Assembly: GCA_039917855.1 (NCBI GenBank)
Contig: JBDSIR010000107.1
Location: forward strand, 1-63,558
Source: Gemmatimonadales bacterium
GTDB taxonomy: Bacteria > Gemmatimonadota > Gemmatimonadetes > Gemmatimonadales > GWC2-71-9
Direction: 5' to 3'
DNA length: 63,558 bases
Positions 1-7,940 of this stretch are shown here, one piece after another. Position 1 is the first letter of the stretch. Every line of letters starts with the position of its first letter. The notes under the pieces are model-generated. The model had not been told where the DNA came from, did not search any database, and saw only the letters and a program-made list of their open reading frames with translations. The position numbers were made by a program, and so were the translations under genes.

Positions 1-120
1 CCGCCCGTCCGCCCATCCGCCCGTCCGCCCATCCGCCCATCCGCCCGTCCGCCCGTCTGCCCGTCTGCCCGTCGCCCGTCGCCCGTCGCCCGTCCGCCCG
101 CCTACCCGCCCACCCGCCTG
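1..120. repeat. Short-tandem-repeat array of degenerate 7-8 nt units (CCGCCCGT / CCGCCCAT / CTGCCCGT / CGCCCGT)
   Basis: Read directly: an uninterrupted run of more than 12 units from the window edge to ~120. The last units encode the final residues (..RRRVGG) and the TAG stop (102-104, minus strand) of the adjacent CDS. Confidence 0.85.
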
Positions 121-1160
121 CGTTCCACCACATTCACCACTTGTTCCGCGAAGGTGCCCGGATCGAACGGCAGCTGTACTGCCAGGTCGCAGTGCCGCCC
201 GAGCTTCCCGCCCGCCCCAGGTACCGCGATCACGACCAGACTCCAGGCGCGGGATCCGTCCGGCACGCTCACGCCCAGGGGATCGGCTTCGGCGCTCGGG
301 ATGCCGGCGACGACGACGACACTGGGGACCGGCGCTCCGGTGAGGCGGGAGGCCACTTCCTCGAGTGACTCCAGCGACTCCGGTTCGAATCCGACGCGCC
401 GGAGGAGCACCGACACCACCCGGCGGAGCGAGACGTCCTCCGCGGCGACCAAGGCGCACCCGCGCGCCCCACGCATCACAGTGGGCCCGTCCAGGTCGGC
501 CATCTTGACCGAGCCCGCGAGGTAGTCGGTGTTGCGCGCCCCGTCCGCTTCGCCGGCCCGCTTCACGACCTCCTTGATCCGCTCGAGTGATGCCCGGATC
601 ACGGCGAGTCCCGCGTGGAGGGTCGGCGACAGCCCGGGCTCTTCTTGCAACAGGCTCGACTCGGTGAGGGCGGCCATCAGCGGGTTGTTGAGCTCGTGGT
701 GCAGCGCCACGGTCATCTCCCCGACGGCGGAGCGTCGTTCCGCCTGCACGACCTCGCGCTCGGTACTCTCGAGGGTGTCACGGAGCGCGATCGTCCGCCG
801 CACCCGTTCCACCACCGTGGGCAGGAGATCGATGAACCGGGCGTCCTTGGAGACGTAGTCATCGGCGCCGAGGCGGAGCGCTTCGACCGCGATGGCCTCG
901 GCACCGTGCCCCGTGACGATGATCACGGCGGGGCGCATCGAGCGCTCGCGGAGCTTTCGCAGGACGTCAAGGCCGTTCCCGTCGGGGAGCTGGACGTCGA
1001 GGAGGACCAGGTCGTGTTCCGGGGCGAGCGCCAGCGCCAGGGCGGCGGTGTCGACCGTCGTCGGCGGCGCGAAGCCGTGTCCTTCGAGCGCCACCTTTGC
1101 CAGCTTGGCCTGGAGGTGGTCGTCGTCCACCAGGAGGATGCGGAACGTGCGCTTAGGCAT
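102..1160 (-). CDS. Receiver - HisKA/DHp - pseudo-receiver protein lacking an ATPase (CA) domain
   Basis: ORF 102-1229(-). Start set to ATG 1158-1160 (MPKRTFRILLVDDD), which overlaps the TAA stop of the upstream GT2 gene by 8 nt. REC signature present (LLVDDD, LVLLDVQLPDGNG, IIVTGHG, DYVSKD), followed by H-box ALHHELNNPLMAAL. A REC-like segment follows (CALVAAED..SVVVVAGIPS..SLVVIAVPG) without an acceptor Asp. No N/G1/G2 ATP-binding boxes seen. Confidence 0.8.
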   Translation of the reverse strand: MPKRTFRILLVDDDHLQAKLAKVALEGHGFAPPTTVDTAALALALAPEHDLVLLDVQLPDGNGLDVLRKLRERSMRPAVIIVTGHGAEAIAVEALRLGADDYVSKDARFIDLLPTVVERVRRTIALRDTLESTEREVVQAERRSAVGEMTVALHHELNNPLMAALTESSLLQEEPGLSPTLHAGLAVIRASLERIKEVVKRAGEADGARNTDYLAGSVKMADLDGPTVMRGARGCALVAAEDVSLRRVVSVLLRRVGFEPESLESLEEVASRLTGAPVPSVVVVAGIPSAEADPLGVSVPDGSRAWSLVVIAVPGAGGKLGRHCDLAVQLPFDPGTFAEQVVNVVERRRVGG

Positions 1161-2721
1161 CGGCGTGCTCCCCGGTCTGGAAGCCGATCCGCGCGAACTT
1201 CTCCCACCCGCTCTTGCCGCGCCACGCATCGAACTGGCCCCGGAGACGCCACCAGAGGCTCAGCGGCCGCCACACGAACGGTTCGAGCACGGCGTAGGCG
1301 AGCATCAACCCGATGTCGCGCGGCCGCACATACGGGAGCAGGCTCCGCTGCAGCCGGTCGGCGAGCCCGTACTGGAAGCGCCAGGCGCCGACGACGACCG
1401 CGAGGAGGTTCACGAACACGGCATACGCGCTCGAGACCAGGAAGAAGGCCAGGAAGTACTGCCCCGAGATGACCGGCCGCCCGCTCAAGTGCCCCAGCAG
1501 GAACCCGAAGAGGACGAACAGGTATCCCAGCAACTCATAGATGGGGCCATAGTACTCGAATAGCCAGAATGCAGGGAGGGCGACGCTGCCGATGCGTCCG
1601 AACCGGGGGCGGAAGAGCATGCCCCGATGGTAGAGCAGGCTCTCCCGGAGACCGCGATGCCAGCGGCCACGCTGTTTGCGGAGGGAGTCGAGGCTCTCGG
1701 GCACCTCCGTCCACGCCACCGGGTGCGGGAGGAATCCCACTCGGCGCTTGATCCCCTTGTCGCGGCAATAGCGGTGCAGCCGGACGACGACCTCCATGTC
1801 CTCGCAGACGGTGTCGGTCTCGAGCCCGACGTATTCCGCCACGAGACGGGAATCGAGGAACCGCGTCAGGTAGCCGCCGGCGCGGATCAGGAGCTCCTTG
1901 TCGAACACCGCGAAGACCCCCGACAGGATCAGCACGCAGCCCAGGCGGTCGAGGCCGGTGCGGCCGGTGGTGAAGGAGCGGAGGTATTCGATCATCTGGA
2001 ACCGCGCGGCGTCGTTCTTCGGGAGCCCGATGCTCACCACTTTGCCGTTGCGCACGGCGCAGCCGTTGGCGATGGCCACCTGCCCCCCGAGCGCCATGAG
2101 TCGGGGATCCTCCTGCAACGCCCGCATCATCTCCTTGAGCGCCCGTTGGTCGAGGATCGAGTCGGCGTCGAGCGAGACGACGTACGGACAGTTCGAGGCG
2201 TTGGTGCCCGCGTTGAGCGCGTCGGCCTTCCCGCCGTTCGCCTTGTCCAGCACCACGAGGCGGATCACCTGCTTGGGCAGGGGGACGGTGGCCTCGTACA
2301 TCGCATTCACGCGCGCGGTCTGCAGGGCAGGACGGTACGGCAGGTCGGTGCGGCGGAGGTGGAACGCTTTTTGGAGCACCTCGAGGGTACGATCCTTCGA
2401 CCCGTCGTTGACCACCACCACCTCCAGCCGGGGATAATCCGACTGGAGCAGGTTGGTCACGCTGTCGACGATGGTCACTTCCTCGTTGTAGGCCGGCACG
2501 ATCATCGTGAGCGGCTTGGTGGCGAGGGCGTCGTCGATGAGATCGAGGTCGGCGGTGAAGTGCGCGCCGACGAAGCGCCGGATCGCGTGCCATGACAGCG
2601 CGATCAGCGTGATGTTCCAGGTGTTGTAGGCGAAGAGGTAGATCAGGAACAGCGGCTGCAGGACGATCCCGAGAGTGGCCATCGCGGTGGCTGACCAGAC
2701 GATCGCCGCGTTCGTGGTCAC
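1153..2721 (-). CDS. Processive family-2 glycosyltransferase (polysaccharide synthase, PgaC/BcsA/NodC-like), multi-pass membrane protein
   Basis: ORF 1153-2721(-). GTG start lies within a GTGA overlap with the HEAT gene stop. Hydrophobic helices at the N-terminus and several at the C-terminus. GT2 motifs VVNDGSKD, SLDADS, CEDME and QRGRWHRG (QxxRW). Confidence 0.85.
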   Translation of the reverse strand: MTTNAAIVWSATAMATLGIVLQPLFLIYLFAYNTWNITLIALSWHAIRRFVGAHFTADLDLIDDALATKPLTMIVPAYNEEVTIVDSVTNLLQSDYPRLEVVVVNDGSKDRTLEVLQKAFHLRRTDLPYRPALQTARVNAMYEATVPLPKQVIRLVVLDKANGGKADALNAGTNASNCPYVVSLDADSILDQRALKEMMRALQEDPRLMALGGQVAIANGCAVRNGKVVSIGLPKNDAARFQMIEYLRSFTTGRTGLDRLGCVLILSGVFAVFDKELLIRAGGYLTRFLDSRLVAEYVGLETDTVCEDMEVVVRLHRYCRDKGIKRRVGFLPHPVAWTEVPESLDSLRKQRGRWHRGLRESLLYHRGMLFRPRFGRIGSVALPAFWLFEYYGPIYELLGYLFVLFGFLLGHLSGRPVISGQYFLAFFLVSSAYAVFVNLLAVVVGAWRFQYGLADRLQRSLLPYVRPRDIGLMLAYAVLEPFVWRPLSLWWRLRGQFDAWRGKSGWEKFARIGFQTGEHADA

Positions 2722-5700
2722 CGCGATCCCTCGAGCAGGGACGGATCCAGGAAGATCGCGACGCTCTGTCGGATCTCGGGGGAGGGATCCTTCTGTGCCA
2801 CCAGCCGGCCCGCCGCGGGGTCGAGGAGTGCGAGCACCAGCGCCATCGCGCGCCGGCGGATCGGATCGGGTTCGGTCTGGACGCCGAGGCGGAGCGTGTC
2901 GATGGCCACGAGTTCGCTCGCGGCCGCGGCCGCCATGTCGCGCGAGACGCGGGCGGGGAGCCGTTCGGCCTCGCCCCTGAGCAGGAGTCCCACCGCCGCG
3001 GCCGCGCGCACGCTCTCGTCAGGGTCCTTGATCAGGGTGCTGAGCGCCGGCGCGGGACCGATCAGATTGGCGAGCGCGCGGGCCACGGTGAGCCGCACCT
3101 GCGGGTCGGGGTCGCTGGCGAGGCGCGCCAGCCCATCGCCCTTTCGCACAACCGCCCAGGCGCGCCCCGCCGCGCGGCGCACAGTCACCACCGGGTCGAG
3201 GCTCAGTCGGTCGAGCGTCGGCAGGTCCACCAGGTCGGGCCGGAGCGACCAGAGTTCCGCCACCGCCTCGCGCACTTCGGGCGCCGGACTCGCGGCGATC
3301 GGCAGGAGTACCCGCGCGATCTTGGGATGGTGAATGAAGCGAGCCACCTTCACCACCATCACCCCCTCGGCCCCGTCGAGCGCGAGGCCGAGCGTGAGGT
3401 CGAGGAAGACGTCGAACGCAGCCTCAGCCTGAGCCGCCACCCCCTGGAGCACCGCCGGATCGTCGTCCGCGCGCAGGAGGCGAATAAGATTCGGCAGCGC
3501 CACCGCCGTGGGGAGGCGACGGAAGAGCTGGACGGCGGTGCGCCGGACGGCTGGATGCGGGTCGCCCAGCGCCCGCTTCCCCACATCGAGCAGCTCATCT
3601 CGATCGAGCAGGTCCGCCACCGCCGCGAGGGCAGCAGCGCGCACTTCGGGGGCCGGGTCGCCTCGCACGATCTGGAGCAGCGCCCCCCGGCTCTTCTCGC
3701 CGCGGAACGACCGGAGGCCCGCCACCAGCCGGCGGCGTCCGTCCGCATCGAGCATGGAGCGCACCCCATCGGCCAGCGCCGCCTCCATTCCCGTGAGCGA
3801 TTCGGCGGCGAGGGCCCGGAGTTCGGCCTGCCGGGTATCACGCAGCTTGAGACTCACCGCACGATAGAACGGGTCGGTCGAGAGGTGGGCCCGGAGATGC
3901 GCGCGCACGGCGTGCTCGTCGGCCATCTCGATCACTCGCGCCACGATGCTCTCCTCCTCGTACAGGCCGAGCGCGAGCGCCGCCGCAGCGCGCACCCCCA
4001 CCGGCTGATCGGCGTGACAGGCGGCCAGGAGCACCGCTTCTCCCCCCGGCGCTCCCAGTAACCCGACACCGAGGGCGGCACGCTCGCGCACCTCGGCATC
4101 GGGATCGGTGTCGAGGAGGCGCACGAGGTCGGGAGCGATGGCGGTGTTCTTGACCTGGGTAAGCCCCTCGATGGCCGCTCGGCGCACCGCTGGATCGGGA
4201 TCGACCAGCCCCTGCGTCAGGAGCGCGGCCACCGGGTCACCACCCAGGCGCGCCAGCGCCTCGGCCACCGCGGCGCGGACCGCAGGGTCGGGGTCCCGCC
4301 ACATCAGGGCGAGGAATCGGTCGGCGTTCCGCACCCGCGCGGCGAGGATCGCGCGCACCACCGTCAGCTTCCGTTCGCTGTCGTTGGATTCGAGGACCCG
4401 GTCGAGCAGGTCGGCGATCCGGTCAGGATCGAGTCGCGCCACCGCTTCAGTGGCGCTGAGCCGGATGTCGAGCTCGGGCGCCATCGCCAGGCGGATGAGC
4501 GTGGGCACCGAACTCGGATTACCGACCCGTCCCAGCGCCCGGGCCGCGGCCAGTCGCACCGCGGGCTCACTGTCGCCCAGCATCCGGACGAGGGTCGGGG
4601 CCGCATCGTTCCATCCGCCGTCCGCCGCCGCTCCGGCCGCCGCCGCGCGTACTTCGCTCGCGGGATCTCCGGCGAGCCGTTCGAACGCCTCCTCCACACC
4701 GGTCGCGCGAACGAGCCCGAGCGCCTTGGCAACCCCCGCCCGCACCCGCGCGCTCGGGTCGTCCAGCCGCTGGACCACCGCCGCGGTGAGGTCGGCCGAC
4801 CCGAGGTCACCGATGAGGGCGAGCGCTTCAGCCCGCACGTGCTCGTCGGCGTCGCCCAGGGCATCGACTGCGGCGGGAAGGGAACTGCGGGCCGAAAGGG
4901 CGCGCAACGCCTCCAGCGCGGCGGTGCGCACCGTCGCGTCGGCATCGCGCCGGGCGGTGAGGGCAAGGTCGGGCTCGAGCTCCCGGCGGCCGGCCCGGCG
5001 CGCGGCGTGGACCACCGCCACCCGTACCGCGGGCGACGCGTGGTCGAGCTGCTCGGCGAGCATCTCCTTGGCCCCCGCCACCGCGAAGCGGACCAGGATC
5101 TCCTCCGCGTCGACCGGTGGGGTCCCGGCGGCGATCTGCGCGATGAGCCGGGCCGGCACGCCGAGCCGTTCGAGCGAGACGGCCGCGCGGATCCGGATCT
5201 CCGGATCGATGTCGTCGAGTGCCACGAGGAGCGGTCGCTCGGCGCGGGTGCCGATCTGTTCGAGGGCCTCGACGCTCCGCATCCGGACCCACCATGCCGG
5301 GTCGCCGAGGGAGCGGACCAGACTCTCGACCACCTCGTCACCGGGGAACTGACCGAGTGCGCCGGCGATGCGGGCGCGCACGAACGGGATCGGGTCGGTG
5401 AGGAGGCGGTCGAGCAGGTGGCGCACTGCCCGGGTGTCGCCGAGGCGGCCGAGTGCCCCGGCCGACTTGGCGCGGACCTCGTCGTCGAGGTCGTTCAGCG
5501 ACTTGAGCAACACCGGGTAGGCGCGGGGTGCCTTCACTTCGCCCAGCACCGCTGCCGCCCATGCGCGCGCGGGATGTCTCGTCTCCTCATTGAGGAACGC
5601 GACCATCGGATCGGTGACGAGGTCACCATGACGCCCCAGGATGTCCGCGATGCGGGGTACGAGCCATACTTCGGCCTTCTTGAGGGCCTCGATCAGCGGG

Positions 5701-6215
5701 CCGACCGCCACCGGGTCGGCGATGCGTGCGAGGGCGCGCAGGGCGATCTCGCGGACGTCGCCGTCCTCGGTGGTGGTGGACTGGATCGTCTCGAGCAGGG
5801 GAGGGACGGCGCGCGCGTTGCCGACGCGGCCCAGGAGTTCCGCCGCGAAGGCGCGGTCACGCCAGCGGCGCCCCTCGCGAAGCCGCTTGATGTACTTGTC
5901 GACCAGGCCGAGCCGGTCGTAGGCATCGAGGAGCCAGGCGGGACGTTGTTCGGTGGCGCGTGCCTGTTCTTCGAGGACAGCTTCGAGGGCCTCGAAATCG
6001 TGCAGCGTACCGGGAGTCCGGAGCACCGGCTCGAGCCGGTCCTGGTCGCGGGCGGCGAGCCCCGCCACGAACTCCCGGTAGAGCCCCTTCCGCTCCGCCA
6101 GACGACGTTCGACCCGGACCAGCCACCACGACATCGCGAACCAGGCCATGACGAAGAGCGCACTGGCCGTGGCCAGGAACGCGGTCAGGGCCAGGATGAC
6201 GTCGAGACCGCTCAC
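2718..6215 (-). CDS. Membrane-anchored giant HEAT/PBS-lyase-like repeat protein (1165 aa)
   Basis: ORF 2718-6215(-). GTG start lies within a GTGA overlap with the CheY-like gene stop. N-terminal hydrophobic anchor VILALTAFLATASALFVMAWFAMSWWLV is followed by a basic stretch, RVERRLAERK. The rest is more than 25 (by eye) tandem ~30-aa units of the form DPxxxVRxAAxxALG. Confidence 0.85.
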   Translation of the reverse strand: MSGLDVILALTAFLATASALFVMAWFAMSWWLVRVERRLAERKGLYREFVAGLAARDQDRLEPVLRTPGTLHDFEALEAVLEEQARATEQRPAWLLDAYDRLGLVDKYIKRLREGRRWRDRAFAAELLGRVGNARAVPPLLETIQSTTTEDGDVREIALRALARIADPVAVGPLIEALKKAEVWLVPRIADILGRHGDLVTDPMVAFLNEETRHPARAWAAAVLGEVKAPRAYPVLLKSLNDLDDEVRAKSAGALGRLGDTRAVRHLLDRLLTDPIPFVRARIAGALGQFPGDEVVESLVRSLGDPAWWVRMRSVEALEQIGTRAERPLLVALDDIDPEIRIRAAVSLERLGVPARLIAQIAAGTPPVDAEEILVRFAVAGAKEMLAEQLDHASPAVRVAVVHAARRAGRRELEPDLALTARRDADATVRTAALEALRALSARSSLPAAVDALGDADEHVRAEALALIGDLGSADLTAAVVQRLDDPSARVRAGVAKALGLVRATGVEEAFERLAGDPASEVRAAAAGAAADGGWNDAAPTLVRMLGDSEPAVRLAAARALGRVGNPSSVPTLIRLAMAPELDIRLSATEAVARLDPDRIADLLDRVLESNDSERKLTVVRAILAARVRNADRFLALMWRDPDPAVRAAVAEALARLGGDPVAALLTQGLVDPDPAVRRAAIEGLTQVKNTAIAPDLVRLLDTDPDAEVRERAALGVGLLGAPGGEAVLLAACHADQPVGVRAAAALALGLYEEESIVARVIEMADEHAVRAHLRAHLSTDPFYRAVSLKLRDTRQAELRALAAESLTGMEAALADGVRSMLDADGRRRLVAGLRSFRGEKSRGALLQIVRGDPAPEVRAAALAAVADLLDRDELLDVGKRALGDPHPAVRRTAVQLFRRLPTAVALPNLIRLLRADDDPAVLQGVAAQAEAAFDVFLDLTLGLALDGAEGVMVVKVARFIHHPKIARVLLPIAASPAPEVREAVAELWSLRPDLVDLPTLDRLSLDPVVTVRRAAGRAWAVVRKGDGLARLASDPDPQVRLTVARALANLIGPAPALSTLIKDPDESVRAAAAVGLLLRGEAERLPARVSRDMAAAAASELVAIDTLRLGVQTEPDPIRRRAMALVLALLDPAAGRLVAQKDPSPEIRQSVAIFLDPSLLEGSR

Positions 6216-6583
6216 GTGCCGCCGATGCGCTCGGCGATGGTGTCGAGCAGCAGCGGGATATCGACCGGCTTGTGCAGGAAAACATCCGCGCCCACTTCTT
6301 CGGCCCAGAACTGGTCGGCCGGCTGATCCTTCGAGGTGAGCATCACGATGGGGAGCTTGGCAGTCTCCGGATTCTGCCGGAGGGCGCGACAGGTCTGGTA
6401 TCCATTCATTTTCGGCATCATCACGTCGAGCAGGATCAGGGCCGGCCGCACCGCGGCCACCGCGGCGATCCCGGCCTCGCCATCGGCGGCAGTGAGCACG
6501 CGATAGCCTGCGCCGGTGAGGACGCGTTCCAGAAGCTTTCGCTGGTCCAGGTCGTCCTCGATGACCAGGATGAGCTGGCTCAT
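6212..6583 (-). CDS. Single-domain CheY-like response regulator receiver
   Basis: ORF 6212-6583(-), 123 aa. Motifs: ILVIEDD, LILLDVMMPKMNG, IVMLTSKD, ADVFLHKP. No output domain. Confidence 0.9.
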   Translation of the reverse strand: MSQLILVIEDDLDQRKLLERVLTGAGYRVLTAADGEAGIAAVAAVRPALILLDVMMPKMNGYQTCRALRQNPETAKLPIVMLTSKDQPADQFWAEEVGADVFLHKPVDIPLLLDTIAERIGGT

Positions 6584-6693
6584 GTGCTGGACCCCGGGCG
6601 GTCAGAAAAGTGGGGACTCGCCACGCCGAAAGGTGCCGCTCTTGCGTCCTGCCAAGCGACCCTCGCGAACTACAAGGATAGTCGGGTGGGCGC

Positions 6694-6716
6694 GGGGACC
6701 TGATCCTCCGGTCCCC
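6694..6716 (-). terminator. Hairpin immediately 3' of the HD-GYP gene (possible intrinsic terminator without a U-tract)
   Basis: GGGGACC-tgatcctcc-GGTCCCC, a 7-bp perfect stem 7 nt downstream of the stop at 6723. No T-run follows, so termination is uncertain. Confidence 0.35.
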
Positions 6717-6722
6717 GTTGGG

Positions 6723-7787
6723 TCAGGCGGGGGCTTCGTCCAGGAAGACCAGTACCCGACGGCGGTTGACCACCGTATTCAGCGCGGCGAGGACCCGGGG
6801 GTCGAGCACCCGGCCCGCCAACTGACCCATCCGGGAGGCGGCCTGGTCGGGGGTCATCTTTTCCTGGTAGGGTCGTGCAGTGGTGAGCGCGTCGTAGATC
6901 TCGGCCGCGCAGAGGACCCGGGCGCCGAGCGGGATGGCCTCACCGGAGAGGCCGTCGGGATAACCGTGGCCATCCCATTGCTCGTGGTGGTGCCGCACGA
7001 AGGGGATCACGTCGCCCAGGTGAGCCAGCGGTGCGAGGATCTGGGAACCGATGGTGACGTGCGCTTTGACGTGGGCGTACTCCTCCGCCGTAAGGGGGCC
7101 CGCCTTGTTCAGGATCGTTTCGTGGATCCCGATCTTGCCGATGTCGTGCAGGCGGCCGGCGGCGCGGATCGTCTCGACCTCCTCGTCGCTTCCTCCCATC
7201 TCGGCCGAGACCAGCGCTGCCAGGTCGGCCACCCGGGCGGAGTGGCCCCGGCTGTACGAGTCCTTGGCCTCGAGGGCATTGACCAGCGCCTCGAGGGTGG
7301 CGATGCTGAGCCGCTCGAGCTTGGCACGCTCCCGCCGCGCCTCGATGCTCCGGGCCGCGACCTCTTCCTTGAGCCAGTGCTGCATCTTCTGCTCTTCGAG
7401 CATCTGATCGCGCTTGCGGAGCGCGTTCCGGATGGCGCGGTCGAGGTCGGCGAGATCGATCGGCTTGGTGAGGTAGTCGACCGCACCGCGCTGCAGGCAG
7501 AGCGAGGCGGTGGTGGCGTCGTTGACCGCCGTGAGCATCACGATCGCGAGGTCGCCATCGACCCCGAGGAGATCTGGCACGGTGTCGACCCCGCTCTTGT
7601 CCGGCATCCGGACGTCGAGGAGGACCGCCGATATCCGGTGCGCCCGCACCGCGGTCATCGCTTCCGCGGCGCTCCCCGCTCCATAGACCGTGTATCCCTT
7701 TTGCGTGAGGTAACGGCTGAGCGCGCTTCGGAGGGCGTCCTCATCATCGACGACGAGCAGGGAGATCGTGGTGGTAGGGTCGGACAC
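6723..7787 (-). CDS. Response regulator with HD-GYP domain (RpfG-like c-di-GMP phosphodiesterase)
   Basis: ORF 6723-7787(-). REC motifs LLVVDDED and VLLDVRMPDKSG. HD-GYP motifs HSARVA, RLHDIGKIGI and HHHEQWDGHGYPDGL. Confidence 0.9.
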   Translation of the reverse strand: MSDPTTTISLLVVDDEDALRSALSRYLTQKGYTVYGAGSAAEAMTAVRAHRISAVLLDVRMPDKSGVDTVPDLLGVDGDLAIVMLTAVNDATTASLCLQRGAVDYLTKPIDLADLDRAIRNALRKRDQMLEEQKMQHWLKEEVAARSIEARRERAKLERLSIATLEALVNALEAKDSYSRGHSARVADLAALVSAEMGGSDEEVETIRAAGRLHDIGKIGIHETILNKAGPLTAEEYAHVKAHVTIGSQILAPLAHLGDVIPFVRHHHEQWDGHGYPDGLSGEAIPLGARVLCAAEIYDALTTARPYQEKMTPDQAASRMGQLAGRVLDPRVLAALNTVVNRRRVLVFLDEAPA

Positions 7788-7940
7788 GGGGTGCCGCCAG
7801 CGGGGAGAGGGGGACGCGGGAAGGTACGGCTGACGGCGCCGGGTGGCTAGCGGTGGGGCGCGGGCTCAGGGTGATCCCCGTTACCCGGCCGCGCCCTCCC
7901 TCGCCAAGCGGGCGCAGGGAGCGCATAATTCAGGGTTCCC

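Noticed and set aside
7901-7929. Possible promoter TCGCCA-N17-CATAAT only ~12 nt upstream of the 7941 ATG (a leaderless-type transcript)
   Set aside because: The match is weak, promoter consensus for this lineage is unknown to me and there is no supporting data, so I have not reported it as a feature.
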